Source: Thermoanaerobaculia bacterium
Lineage (GTDB): Bacteria > Acidobacteriota > Thermoanaerobaculia > Multivoradales > J023
Direction of reading: 5' to 3'
Assembly (NCBI GenBank): GCA_030431255.1
Contig: JAUIJL010000005.1
Span: forward strand, 29,313 to 93,312
Length of the DNA: 64,000 bases
Position numbers and translations under genes: made by a program. The notes under the pieces were generated by a model. It was given only the letters and a program-made list of their open reading frames with translations, made no database searches and was not told the origin of the DNA. Shown here piece by piece: positions 17,416 to 26,405 of this stretch (positions are counted from its first letter, which is position 1; the number at the start of each line of letters is the position of its first letter).

Positions 17416-19964
17416 CCACTATGCCGATCGATCCCTTCCACGCCGAGAGGTATCTTCCCGCCACGGGCCTTCAGGACTTCGTCCAGGCCCTCGAGGCTTG
17501 GCTCTTGCCGGGTTGGGAAACCAGCCTGCAGATGGAAGATCCGCTGACCCAAACCCTCGAAGAGGTGGCGACCTCCTTGGTCGATCAGCGGGCCAGAGAC
17601 CTCGCGCTGGCCCGTTTGCCGGAGGCGTTCACGGAAGCTCCGTCACCGTGGATGATCGAACGCCTGGGTTTTCACCAATGCCATATCTTTCCGTTGGTTT
17701 CGGGCGAGCGCCCCTTTGGGCGACTGCTGCTCTTCGCGGAAGCCGACACCCGCCGGCTCGGTCGAGATCGTGAGCAACAAATTGAGCAGCTATGCTCCGA
17801 AGCCGCCGCGGATCTCGAGCGAGCCCGAGCCCACCACGAAGACGAAAAATTTTCGGAGCGGCTGCGAAAGATCACAGAGACCGAGCTGGCGATTCGCTTC
17901 TCCGGTGCCGCCTTGCGTCTCTGTGAGTGGCTGCGCGCCACGGTCATCCTCGGCTATCGTGGCAATGAGCTGAAGATCCTCGAAGCCCGGCACGGCAGTC
18001 GTAGACAGGAGCGCTTTCTCTATCGAAAGCTGCCCTTCGAAGGCACCCACCTGGCCAAGCTGGCCGCCGGCATTCAGACCGGCGCTCCGGCCGTGCTGGA
18101 CGCAAGCAGCTTCCGCCGATACGCAGAGGGTGAGGCCCTGGCGCCTTTGGTCAGGATGCTTGAAGACGCTCAAGTGGAGACCCTGCCCTTGGAGTCCGCC
18201 GGCCGCTTGGTAGGCTCGGCGGTGCTCTTCCACGGACGTGCCCCGACGGGCGCGGAACGGGCCGCCATCGGACGGCTGTCGGACTCCCTGGCATTTTCTT
18301 TGGATCGCATCCGACCAGAGCGCCGTCGCGCTTCGGGATTGCTCTATCTCCAGGGCTTGCTCCGCTCCTCCCGCGGCGGTGCGTTGGTCGACGTGCTCAG
18401 GACCGTCGTCGAAGAGATCATCACCTTTTTAGGGGCGGACGCGGGCATCCTCGCCCTGGTCGATACGGAGACCGGCACGCTCCTGCTCTCCGAGCACGCG
18501 GGATACGGCCACGACGCCCAGCTGCCCAAATCCATCCCTTTCCACCAACAAAAGAGCAGCTCGATTCTGGCCCACGTCTTCCGCACCGGAGAGCCGTACG
18601 CGGCCCCGGATATTCGAGCCTCCTCCATCTACTTGGCCGCCGACCCGTCGATTCGCTCGGAAATTGCCGTGCCCCTGAGGTTGCACGGCGAGACCGTGGG
18701 TGTGGCCATGGCCTCGAGCCGCCTCCCCGACACTTTCCACACCGACGACAGCGCTAGATTCCAGCTGCTGGCGGATCAAATCGCCGTCGCCATCGACGAT
18801 GCGCGGTTGTTGGATGATCTCCGGGCGCAGCGCCAAGAGGAGGCGATCCAGCGCCAACATCGGCATTTCGGTTTTCACCCCTCGGTGCACGCCGAGGATG
18901 TGGAGTATCACTTCGGCAACCTCGTGGGTGAGCCGTCCGGGCCCATGGGCCGGGTTTACCGCACCATCGAACGGGTCGCCGGACGCGAGCAGGACATCGT
19001 GCTCATTCTGGGCGAAACCGGCAGCGGCAAGGAGATGATCTCCCACGCCATCCACAACGCGTCACCGCGCCGCAGCCGCTCCCTGGTGGCGACCAATTTC
19101 GCGGCCTTGGGGGGCGACCCGAATCTCATCCAAAGCGAGCTCTTCGGCCATGAAAAAGGCAGCTTCACCGGTGCGGTCCGCCGACGGAAGGGCTGTTTTG
19201 AGAAGGCCCACGAATCGTCCCTCCTGATCGACGAGCTGGGGGACATCACACCCGCTGTGCAGGTCAAATTGCTCCGGGTCTTGGGACGAAGCTCCAAGCG
19301 GGAATTTCAACGGCTCGGTGGTGAGCAAGAGCTTTCCTGCGATGTGAGGGTCTTGGCGGCGACCAACAAGGACCTGCGAGCTGAGATGGCCGCCGGCCGT
19401 TTTCGGGAAGATCTCTACTATCGCCTGAGCGCCCTGGTGGTCCGGATTCCGCCCTTGAGGGACCGCCCCGGCGATATCCCCTTGTTGGTCCGGCATTTCA
19501 CGCCGCGGCTGACCAACAATCTACCCCTTCGGATCGCCAAAGGAGTGGACGAGGAGCTGGCCGCCTACGACTTCCCGGGCAACATCCGCCAGCTGGAGAG
19601 CGTGCTTCTGCGCGCCATCGTGATGTTCGGCAATCCCGACGAGCTGACCAGGGAAGACGTTCGCCACGCTCTACAAATCGAGGAAGAGGCCTCTGGAGAG
19701 CTCCCGGGATCCGCCACGCCGACCCTTATCTGCCCGGACCCACCTCCACCGGATTGGTTTTGGCAGGAAGTCTACGAGCCCTGGAAAGAGCGACGGCTCA
19801 GCCGGGAAGCGGTCGAAGGCCTATTACGTCGGCAACTCGCCGGCCAACAGGGCTTTTATTCTCGGGTCGCGACCCGATTGGGCGTCGCCAAAGTCGACTA
19901 CCAGCGCTTCATCGACTTCCTCAAACATTCGGGCCTCAAAGTCGACCACCGACCATTTCGGTGA
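17412..19964 (+). CDS. Sigma-54-dependent enhancer-binding protein with GAF domain(s)
   Basis: SEIAVPL GAF; GETGSGKE, SELFGHEKGSFTGA, FREDLYYRL, FPGNIRQL; GTGA overlap with asnB. Confidence 0.9.
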   Translation: MTTMPIDPFHAERYLPATGLQDFVQALEAWLLPGWETSLQMEDPLTQTLEEVATSLVDQRARDLALARLPEAFTEAPSPWMIERLGFHQCHIFPLVSGERPFGRLLLFAEADTRRLGRDREQQIEQLCSEAAADLERARAHHEDEKFSERLRKITETELAIRFSGAALRLCEWLRATVILGYRGNELKILEARHGSRRQERFLYRKLPFEGTHLAKLAAGIQTGAPAVLDASSFRRYAEGEALAPLVRMLEDAQVETLPLESAGRLVGSAVLFHGRAPTGAERAAIGRLSDSLAFSLDRIRPERRRASGLLYLQGLLRSSRGGALVDVLRTVVEEIITFLGADAGILALVDTETGTLLLSEHAGYGHDAQLPKSIPFHQQKSSSILAHVFRTGEPYAAPDIRASSIYLAADPSIRSEIAVPLRLHGETVGVAMASSRLPDTFHTDDSARFQLLADQIAVAIDDARLLDDLRAQRQEEAIQRQHRHFGFHPSVHAEDVEYHFGNLVGEPSGPMGRVYRTIERVAGREQDIVLILGETGSGKEMISHAIHNASPRRSRSLVATNFAALGGDPNLIQSELFGHEKGSFTGAVRRRKGCFEKAHESSLLIDELGDITPAVQVKLLRVLGRSSKREFQRLGGEQELSCDVRVLAATNKDLRAEMAAGRFREDLYYRLSALVVRIPPLRDRPGDIPLLVRHFTPRLTNNLPLRIAKGVDEELAAYDFPGNIRQLESVLLRAIVMFGNPDELTREDVRHALQIEEEASGELPGSATPTLICPDPPPPDWFWQEVYEPWKERRLSREAVEGLLRRQLAGQQGFYSRVATRLGVAKVDYQRFIDFLKHSGLKVDHRPFR

Positions 19965-20020
19965 TCTCGCACCCTGGCCGGCCTCCGAGTGGGCGAATAC
20001 AAGATTCGCGATCTCGACCA

Positions 20021-20122
20021 GCAGGGGCGATCCTTGTGATCGCCCTTGCCGAACCCGTAGGGGCGATCCTTGTGATCGCCCTTGCCGAACCCGTAGGGGC
20101 GATCCTTGTGATCGCCCTTGCC
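20021..20122. repeat. Three tandem 36-bp units with GTAG-type REP-like palindrome
   Basis: G[C/T]AGGGGCGATCCTTGTGATCGCCCTTGCC at 20021, 20057 and 20093, between convergent genes. Confidence 0.9.
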
Positions 20123-20123
20123 T

Positions 20124-20798
20124 CTAAGGCCACTCGACGCGGCGGGAGTTGAACCAGGCGTCCAGACAACGTACCTTGCCGCCGGCTACGGACCATTCGT
20201 GGGGCTCGTGAAAGTGGCCGAGCGAGAGGGAGTCGTACCCTTCAGCCAGGCGTCGCTCCGCATACTTTCGAATCGGCTCCTCGGGGATCCGGCGCCGATG
20301 TTTGAAGTTGGTCTTGGCCAGCTTCTCTTCCGTGGAACGGACCAGCTTCTGGGCGAGACCGGAAGGCAGCCCCAAGATCAACAAGCGGATGGGGGCGCTT
20401 TTGGAAAGCCATCGCCAAAACAGATATTGGCGATCCCGGTCGTTTAGGCCGTCACCGTGCACACATAGGTGCCGACGTCCGTCGATCTCGAAGGAGACTT
20501 CCAAAGCGATTTGGTCGAAGGCGTCGGCATAGGGGCTGCCGATGAGAAAGAAATCCCGATTGCCTTCCACGTAGTCCACTCGAACTCCCTGCTCCCGCAG
20601 GCGCCGCAGCTCGGGCACGACCTTGCGAACCTCTGGGGTCTCGAACTTTCGGCTTCCCACCCAGACGTGGAAGATGTCGCCCAGCAGAATCAGGTGCTTG
20701 CAGCCTTGCCCCGGGAGAGCCCTGATCTGCTCGATGAATTGGTCGCCATCTCCCCCGGGACCGCCGAGGTGGGAATCGGCGATGATCGCCACACTCAA
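20124..20798 (-). CDS. lpxH: UDP-2,3-diacylglucosamine hydrolase (LpxH-like metallophosphoesterase)
   Basis: ADSHLG, LLGDIF, GNRDF, HGDG, GHFH. Confidence 0.8.
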   Translation of the reverse strand: MSVAIIADSHLGGPGGDGDQFIEQIRALPGQGCKHLILLGDIFHVWVGSRKFETPEVRKVVPELRRLREQGVRVDYVEGNRDFFLIGSPYADAFDQIALEVSFEIDGRRHLCVHGDGLNDRDRQYLFWRWLSKSAPIRLLILGLPSGLAQKLVRSTEEKLAKTNFKHRRRIPEEPIRKYAERRLAEGYDSLSLGHFHEPHEWSVAGGKVRCLDAWFNSRRVEWP

Positions 20799-20811
20799 AC
20801 GTGACCTCCGA

Positions 20812-21894
20812 TCAAACGATGGTCAGCTTGGGACGTTTCGGCTCAGCGACCTGAGAGACCACGGCCTCGGCGACTTTTTGAAAAGCCTCGGCATAAACAC
20901 TGTCCGGCTGGGTCACCACGATCGGCTCACCGGAGTCACCGCCCTCGACGATCGCCGGATCCAGCGGAATCGCCCCGAGGAACGGTGCGCCGAGCACGTC
21001 GGCGATCCGCTTGCCTCCGCCCCGTTTGAAGATCTCGATCTCTTCCCCACAGCAGGGGCATTTGAAGCCGGACATATTCTCGATGACACCGGCGACGGGC
21101 ACGTCGACTTTGCGGAACATACCCAACCCTTTTCGCGCGTCGATCAGGGCAACATCTTGGGGGGTGGTCACGATCACCGCCGCGGAGAGGGGCACCCGCT
21201 GGGTGAGGGTGAGCTGAGCGTCACCGGTTCCCGGGGGCAAATCGACGATCATGAAGTCGAGGCGTCCCCAATTCACCTGACCGAGCATCTGCTCGATCGC
21301 CCGCATGACCATGGGTCCGCGCCAGATCACCGGGGTGTCGATATCCACCAAGAAACCCAGGGACATGATTTTGACCCCGAATTTTACGAACGGCGACAGG
21401 CTCTGGCCATCGGTCCGGGGTTTCTCGTGGATGCCGAACATCATCGGCATGGACGGGCCGTAGATGTCCGCGTCCAGCAGACCGACCCGATGTCCTTGAG
21501 CGGCGAGGGTCACCGCCAGGTTGGCGGACACCGTGGACTTGCCCACTCCGCCCTTGCCGGAGGCCACGGCGACGATATTCTCCACGCCGGGAAGCAGCTT
21601 CGGATCCGCGGTCACACCCGACTTGACCGCCTCCCGCTTGGGCGGCTCATTCACATTGAGCCTCGCTTCCGCGGCGCTGATTCCCTCCACAGCGGCGACT
21701 GCGGCCTCAGCTTCGGAGCGCACCTGTTCCGCCGCTTCAGGATTGTGGGTCGACATCTCGAGCGAGACCGTTGCCACAGCACCTTCCACCGTCACTGAGC
21801 GGACAAATCCAAAAGAGACGATATCGCGGCTCATTCCCGGATATCGAACCGCCTTGAGGGCATCCCAAACCAGCCCTTCGAGATCATTGGCCAT
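20812..21894 (-). CDS. mrp: Mrp/NBP35 (ApbC) Fe-S cluster carrier ATPase
   Basis: SGKGGVGKST, DADIYGPS, WRGPM, DLPPGTGD, ENMSGFKCPCC. Confidence 0.92.
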   Translation of the reverse strand: MANDLEGLVWDALKAVRYPGMSRDIVSFGFVRSVTVEGAVATVSLEMSTHNPEAAEQVRSEAEAAVAAVEGISAAEARLNVNEPPKREAVKSGVTADPKLLPGVENIVAVASGKGGVGKSTVSANLAVTLAAQGHRVGLLDADIYGPSMPMMFGIHEKPRTDGQSLSPFVKFGVKIMSLGFLVDIDTPVIWRGPMVMRAIEQMLGQVNWGRLDFMIVDLPPGTGDAQLTLTQRVPLSAAVIVTTPQDVALIDARKGLGMFRKVDVPVAGVIENMSGFKCPCCGEEIEIFKRGGGKRIADVLGAPFLGAIPLDPAIVEGGDSGEPIVVTQPDSVYAEAFQKVAEAVVSQVAEPKRPKLTIV

Positions 21895-22038
21895 ATCTTG
21901 AACCTTTCTGGGGAATCTACATCTGCGGAGGGAACCGGCGTCGACGCCGATCGGCAAAGGATATACCAATCCACGAACCCAGCCCAAACCCTCCCTACCT
22001 GAGCTCATACCGGGTACTTTTCGAGAGTCGCAAAAGAC

Positions 22039-22064
22039 AGACGCCCCGACGAATCGGGGCGTCT
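22039..22064. terminator. Stem-loop, probable terminator of the pil/lipoprotein unit
   Basis: AGACGCCCCGA-CGAA-TCGGGGCGTCT. Confidence 0.65.
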
Positions 22065-22128
22065 TTCAGCGCTTCTGAGCGCGCGCGGAAGGAGCACTGC
22101 GGGCGTGCCCACAGCGTTCACTAGAAGA

Positions 22129-23481
22129 CTACTGCACGGTGATGGTCTTCGTGTCGTTGGGCGAGCCGCCCCGCACCGATGCCCTCACCGTGAACGAGGT
22201 GATCCCAGCCGGAATCGTATTGGCTTGGAATGTGATCGTCACCTCCGCGATTCCGTCGGAACCAGTTGCTTTCGAGCAGCCCGTCTCCGAGCAATCAAAG
22301 CTCAACGAAGCTCCGGAGCCGTCAACGGCATTGAAGGTCACAATCTCGTTTGACACCCGGTTGCTTCGGCTATCGGTCACCAACGCCGACAACGTGATGC
22401 TGGATTCGGTAGTCCGGGTCACAACACTCGTGCTCGGAGTCAAGCTCACCGCGGCAGGAGCGTCGCGGATCTCGATCGCTGCCGTCGCGGTTTCGCTGTT
22501 GCCCACAAAGCCGCTCACACCGCCGGAGCCGGGCACATTTCCCGCCTGGAAGAAGACCGTTCTGCGGCCACCCGACACGCCCACCTGCAGGCTGGAGGTG
22601 AAATTGCCGGTGGAGGAAGTGCTCAGGGTCCCCAAGTTGCCGTCGAGGAATACTGTCTGCTGGCTCGTGATGAGATTGTTGTTCTCATCACGTATGGAGA
22701 TGCTGATCTGCGACTGCTGAAGCACGTCTACGATTCGCGGATTGGCGACCAGCTCCAACTGCGGTTTGCGAGTGGTGCCGAAAGTCACTTCCACGGTGGC
22801 GTCATCGCTCGATCCCACGGAAGCCGTCACCGTCGCGGTGCCAGACTGGCTGGAGGTCAGCGTGGTGCTCACGATACCGCCGTTATTCGTCGAAAGCTGT
22901 AGGGCGGAATCGCCGAGTGTGCCGAGGGTCGTACGCACGTTCACCGTACCCGTGGTCAACGGGGCACCGTCCGCTTGCCGAGCCGTCATGGTGATGGTGG
23001 AGGTTCCGTTGAGCGCTACGTCCGACGGATTCGCATCCAAAGTGATGGTCGGGTTATCTTCGGGATTCAGTCCGATACGTACGTCAGTGGTCGCCGAGGC
23101 GCCCTCTCCTCCGCTGGTCAGGGCCACAGTAATCGTCGCCGTCCCCAACCTCCCGTCGCTCTCCAGCTGTGCCGTGGCTCTGCCGGCCTCACCCACCTCG
23201 ACGATATTGCCCGGAACCAAGGCACCGTTCGTTTGACGGACCATGATCCTGCCAATGGTCGTCGTGATGGTCAGCTGAGTGCCCGGGTTGAGGGGATTGC
23301 CGTCCGGGCGAAAACCCGTGATCGAAATCGTGGAAGAGCCGTCGAGATCGATCTGGCTCGGGCTGGCGGACACGGTCAAGGTGCTGCCCGTGGGAGCAAT
23401 GGGATTATCGGCGCTGTCGCAACCGAACAGATAAGCGCCCAAAAGCAGAAGCGCGGTCAGAATGGCCAGTCGTCTCTTCAT
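22129..23481 (-). CDS. Lipoprotein with tandem bacterial Ig-like (Big_1-like) domains
   Basis: LFGC lipobox; Thr/Ser/Gly-rich repeated beta modules (ASPSQI/ANPSDV/ANPRIV; TGSDGIAEVT). Confidence 0.75.
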   Translation of the reverse strand: MKRRLAILTALLLLGAYLFGCDSADNPIAPTGSTLTVSASPSQIDLDGSSTISITGFRPDGNPLNPGTQLTITTTIGRIMVRQTNGALVPGNIVEVGEAGRATAQLESDGRLGTATITVALTSGGEGASATTDVRIGLNPEDNPTITLDANPSDVALNGTSTITMTARQADGAPLTTGTVNVRTTLGTLGDSALQLSTNNGGIVSTTLTSSQSGTATVTASVGSSDDATVEVTFGTTRKPQLELVANPRIVDVLQQSQISISIRDENNNLITSQQTVFLDGNLGTLSTSSTGNFTSSLQVGVSGGRRTVFFQAGNVPGSGGVSGFVGNSETATAAIEIRDAPAAVSLTPSTSVVTRTTESSITLSALVTDSRSNRVSNEIVTFNAVDGSGASLSFDCSETGCSKATGSDGIAEVTITFQANTIPAGITSFTVRASVRGGSPNDTKTITVQ

Positions 23482-23747
23482 GGATAGATCTTTACCTGAT
23501 TGCTGGAAACTGATTGCCGGTAACCCGGTTAATTCCCGGAGCCTGGTTGATTGCCGGAATCCGGTAGCTGGGAAGGCGGATGGTCGGGAGGTCTTTTCGA
23601 CGCTTCGAAGGCAGTATACGGATAGAGCCGAGCAAGCGTCTAGCCGATCCAGAAACGATCGGCGATTTCCCTTTCACCTGCACTCTCAACACGGCGAAGG
23701 GCGGTCCCGAAAGACCGCCCTTCTTCAGATTTCTCTAAACCGAACAC

Positions 23748-25763
23748 TCATGGAGTAATCGTGAACAGCGCGTCCCCCCCACAAGATTCCCCATCCTCGT
23801 TCGTACACCTAACGTAAATGGTGAAGGTATCGAAACTGGTGAAGGTATGGGTCCCGAAGAAGGTGTCCAGGTCTTGAGCAGGCGCTAGACCCGGACCTTC
23901 ATTGTCAAACCACCAAGCGATCGAGCTTTCGACAATCGCAGCATCCCCTCCCAGGGGCGCAACCGTGAATGTGTAGGGTCCCAAAGAGCCGGCCTGAGCG
24001 GTGGGAAGTCCCAAAGAGACACCGACCAAGCCGCCGCCACCGCCGCCGCCACCGCCACCACCGCCACCGGCGGTACACGCATCTCCCGTCGGGAAATAAC
24101 CAAAAGCGTTGCTGAGTGTATTGCTACATCCTGTATTCAGGTTGGTTACCTGCACGTTGACGAAGGCTACACCGGCAGCGCACTCCGCAGTCGTGAAACC
24201 ACCAGTATAGGCAGGCACTGTAACGGTAATTTCTTCGCCGAAGGCCCCGCCAATGGATTGGATACCGGCCGGCAAACCGTTGAAGGTCACACGGATCGGT
24301 GGATCAAAGCCCACGGCATAACCGCGACCGACACCGACGATGGTCCGTATGTCGCCCGCAACACCCGTGTTCTCGCCAAGGAAGCCAAGAACCTGAGGAC
24401 GCACGGGCCGATACGTAAATGCCGGCCCGGTCGTCGTTTCGTTGGTCTCAAGGTTGACCACCCGCGTGGTACCGGATTGATTAGAGCAACCGATGTTCGC
24501 GCCGACAGTGCGGAAGAGGATCTCCGTACCCGAGACTGAGACCACTTGCTGGGCCAATGCGCCAGCTTCTACCGCCACCGGCTCCTCGAAGCCTTGGCCG
24601 AATATGGTGACCTCGTCACCGCCGAGGTACTCACCCTCGTTGGGACGGATCGACGAGATAAACATCTGGCCGCCGGCTCCGCCGTATTGGAAGGCACCCG
24701 ACAAGGTGGCCTGTTGACCGCTGGTGGGATCCCTTACGATCAGGCTGACCCGACTGTTGGCATTCGGTGCATTCGGACCCGTAGCCGACGGTGTGATCAC
24801 TTCCATCCGGGTCGGCGTGATCGACAGCACCGTCGCCTCGATCAACGGACCGTTGGTGAAGTAGACCTGAGCCTCGTTACCGAAGCCCTCACCGCGAACC
24901 GTAACCTGGGTGCCACCTTCGTTCGGACCCTGGGTCGGGCTGATGGAAATCAGCTTGAGGGTCGTGGTGCCCTGGGTCGAGCGGGTATACGTGAAGGCGC
25001 TCGCCAAGGAGTCCGTGGCGGTCGGATTGCCGTTCTCATCAAATCCATTCTCAACCGTCACGGTTGCGGCGGCATTCTGACCGGAAGCCAAGTTGATCGC
25101 CGGTGTGCGCGCGGTGATTCGGGTGCTGCTCTGAACATTCGTATTCTCCGCCACCAAGGTGCCGAAGGAGCCGGTGAGCAGGACGCGAGCCGGGGAGACA
25201 AATCCGGAGCCGGAAATGATCAGGGTGGTGCCACCGGAAGGCGGACCCACGCTCGGGCTCACAGAAGACACCTGGAACGGAGCGGCCTGAACGTCGATCA
25301 TCTGGATTCGGGCGGAGCCGAAGCTCGACTCGATTTGGGCCCGAACGATAATCGTGGTGTCGAAAGCGACGGTTCCGGTCACCAGGGTCGCCCGGGATTG
25401 CCCCGCCTCATCGAAAACGATCGGCACGGAATTACCGGCCTGACCATCGTTGGTGGTCAAGGTGCCGTTGGTCGTGCTCAGTAGAGCCGTGGTGCCGGGT
25501 GCAACGATCTGATTGTTGTCCGAGCGACGAGCCGAGACGAGGATTTGCGCGGTGCCCGAGCCGGCGTTCAGATCGAATTCGGCCGGGTTGGCCGTGACCG
25601 AAATCGTCCACGTCGAATTGTTGGTGTTGTCGGTCACCGGAGGGGGATTCCTCGCCTCAACCGGTCCCGTCACATCGTCCGAGTCGCAGGCTCCCAAGAA
25701 GAGAGCCAAGATCATCACGATCCCGGATAGAAGGTTGATGACTGGATTCTTTTTGCTACGCAT
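23748..25763 (-). CDS. Lipoprotein with IPT/TIG domains, poly-Gly linker and PKD-like C-terminus
   Basis: LGAC lipobox; VSPSVGPPSGGT, ISPTQGPNEGGT, IRPNEGEYLGGD repeats; start taken at MRSKK with GGAG RBS. Confidence 0.8.
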   Translation of the reverse strand: MRSKKNPVINLLSGIVMILALFLGACDSDDVTGPVEARNPPPVTDNTNNSTWTISVTANPAEFDLNAGSGTAQILVSARRSDNNQIVAPGTTALLSTTNGTLTTNDGQAGNSVPIVFDEAGQSRATLVTGTVAFDTTIIVRAQIESSFGSARIQMIDVQAAPFQVSSVSPSVGPPSGGTTLIISGSGFVSPARVLLTGSFGTLVAENTNVQSSTRITARTPAINLASGQNAAATVTVENGFDENGNPTATDSLASAFTYTRSTQGTTTLKLISISPTQGPNEGGTQVTVRGEGFGNEAQVYFTNGPLIEATVLSITPTRMEVITPSATGPNAPNANSRVSLIVRDPTSGQQATLSGAFQYGGAGGQMFISSIRPNEGEYLGGDEVTIFGQGFEEPVAVEAGALAQQVVSVSGTEILFRTVGANIGCSNQSGTTRVVNLETNETTTGPAFTYRPVRPQVLGFLGENTGVAGDIRTIVGVGRGYAVGFDPPIRVTFNGLPAGIQSIGGAFGEEITVTVPAYTGGFTTAECAAGVAFVNVQVTNLNTGCSNTLSNAFGYFPTGDACTAGGGGGGGGGGGGGLVGVSLGLPTAQAGSLGPYTFTVAPLGGDAAIVESSIAWWFDNEGPGLAPAQDLDTFFGTHTFTSFDTFTIYVRCTNEDGESCGGDALFTITP

Positions 25764-25810
25764 TTCGGGTCTCCGTCTCTCGTTTCGCTTGTCCATGGCC
25801 GGCCGTAGCA

Positions 25811-26371
25811 TCAGAAGGTCGTCGTCAGAGAAGGCACGAACTCGAAGGTTTGAGCGCGCGGAACACTGGACACGTCCACACCGGCCAGCGTTTGCCCAAA
25901 GACCCGCATTTGTACATTCAATTTGATGATCGAGGCACCGGTTTCGGAGTCCACCGCACCGTTCTGGAACAGCAGGTCCGCCAACGGCTCACCACGGAGC
26001 TGCTCAACGGTCATGACCGGCAGACCGGTGTAGCTGAGCTGTCCACCGGCAGGCACCGTTCCAACCACGTTGTATACAAAGGGCAGAGGAACGCGAGTAC
26101 CCGTATCCACTCGGGTGTAGGTGAGCTCAATGGTGTTCAGCTGAACATCCATCAGTGATGAGGAGCCACCACCGGGTCTGGAGATCACACTGTTGATGGT
26201 CACCTGATCGAGGGCCAACAAGTCGGTGTCGTTGACGCCTACCCGGAAGGTGGAGTCATCGAACTCAACCTCGAGCAAGACCCCGCCCGTGTCCGTTTCA
26301 CCGACTCGTTCGGTGCAACCGGACAAGATCAGAAACAACGTGATTGCAATCAGTTGAAGTGCTGCTTTCAT
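25811..26371 (-). CDS. Hypothetical lipoprotein directly downstream of pilQ
   Basis: LSGC lipobox; beta-rich; GGAA/AGGG RBS-like sequence upstream. Confidence 0.7.
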   Translation of the reverse strand: MKAALQLIAITLFLILSGCTERVGETDTGGVLLEVEFDDSTFRVGVNDTDLLALDQVTINSVISRPGGGSSSLMDVQLNTIELTYTRVDTGTRVPLPFVYNVVGTVPAGGQLSYTGLPVMTVEQLRGEPLADLLFQNGAVDSETGASIIKLNVQMRVFGQTLAGVDVSSVPRAQTFEFVPSLTTTF

Positions 26372-26405
26372 GGACTTTCCCCTGGAGCTTTCCACGTCTT
26401 CGGGA

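Noticed and set aside
20021..20122. Possible CRISPR array (36-bp period, palindromic)
   Set aside because: Units are contiguous with identical linkers, there are no unique spacers and no cas genes; it fits a REP-like tandem
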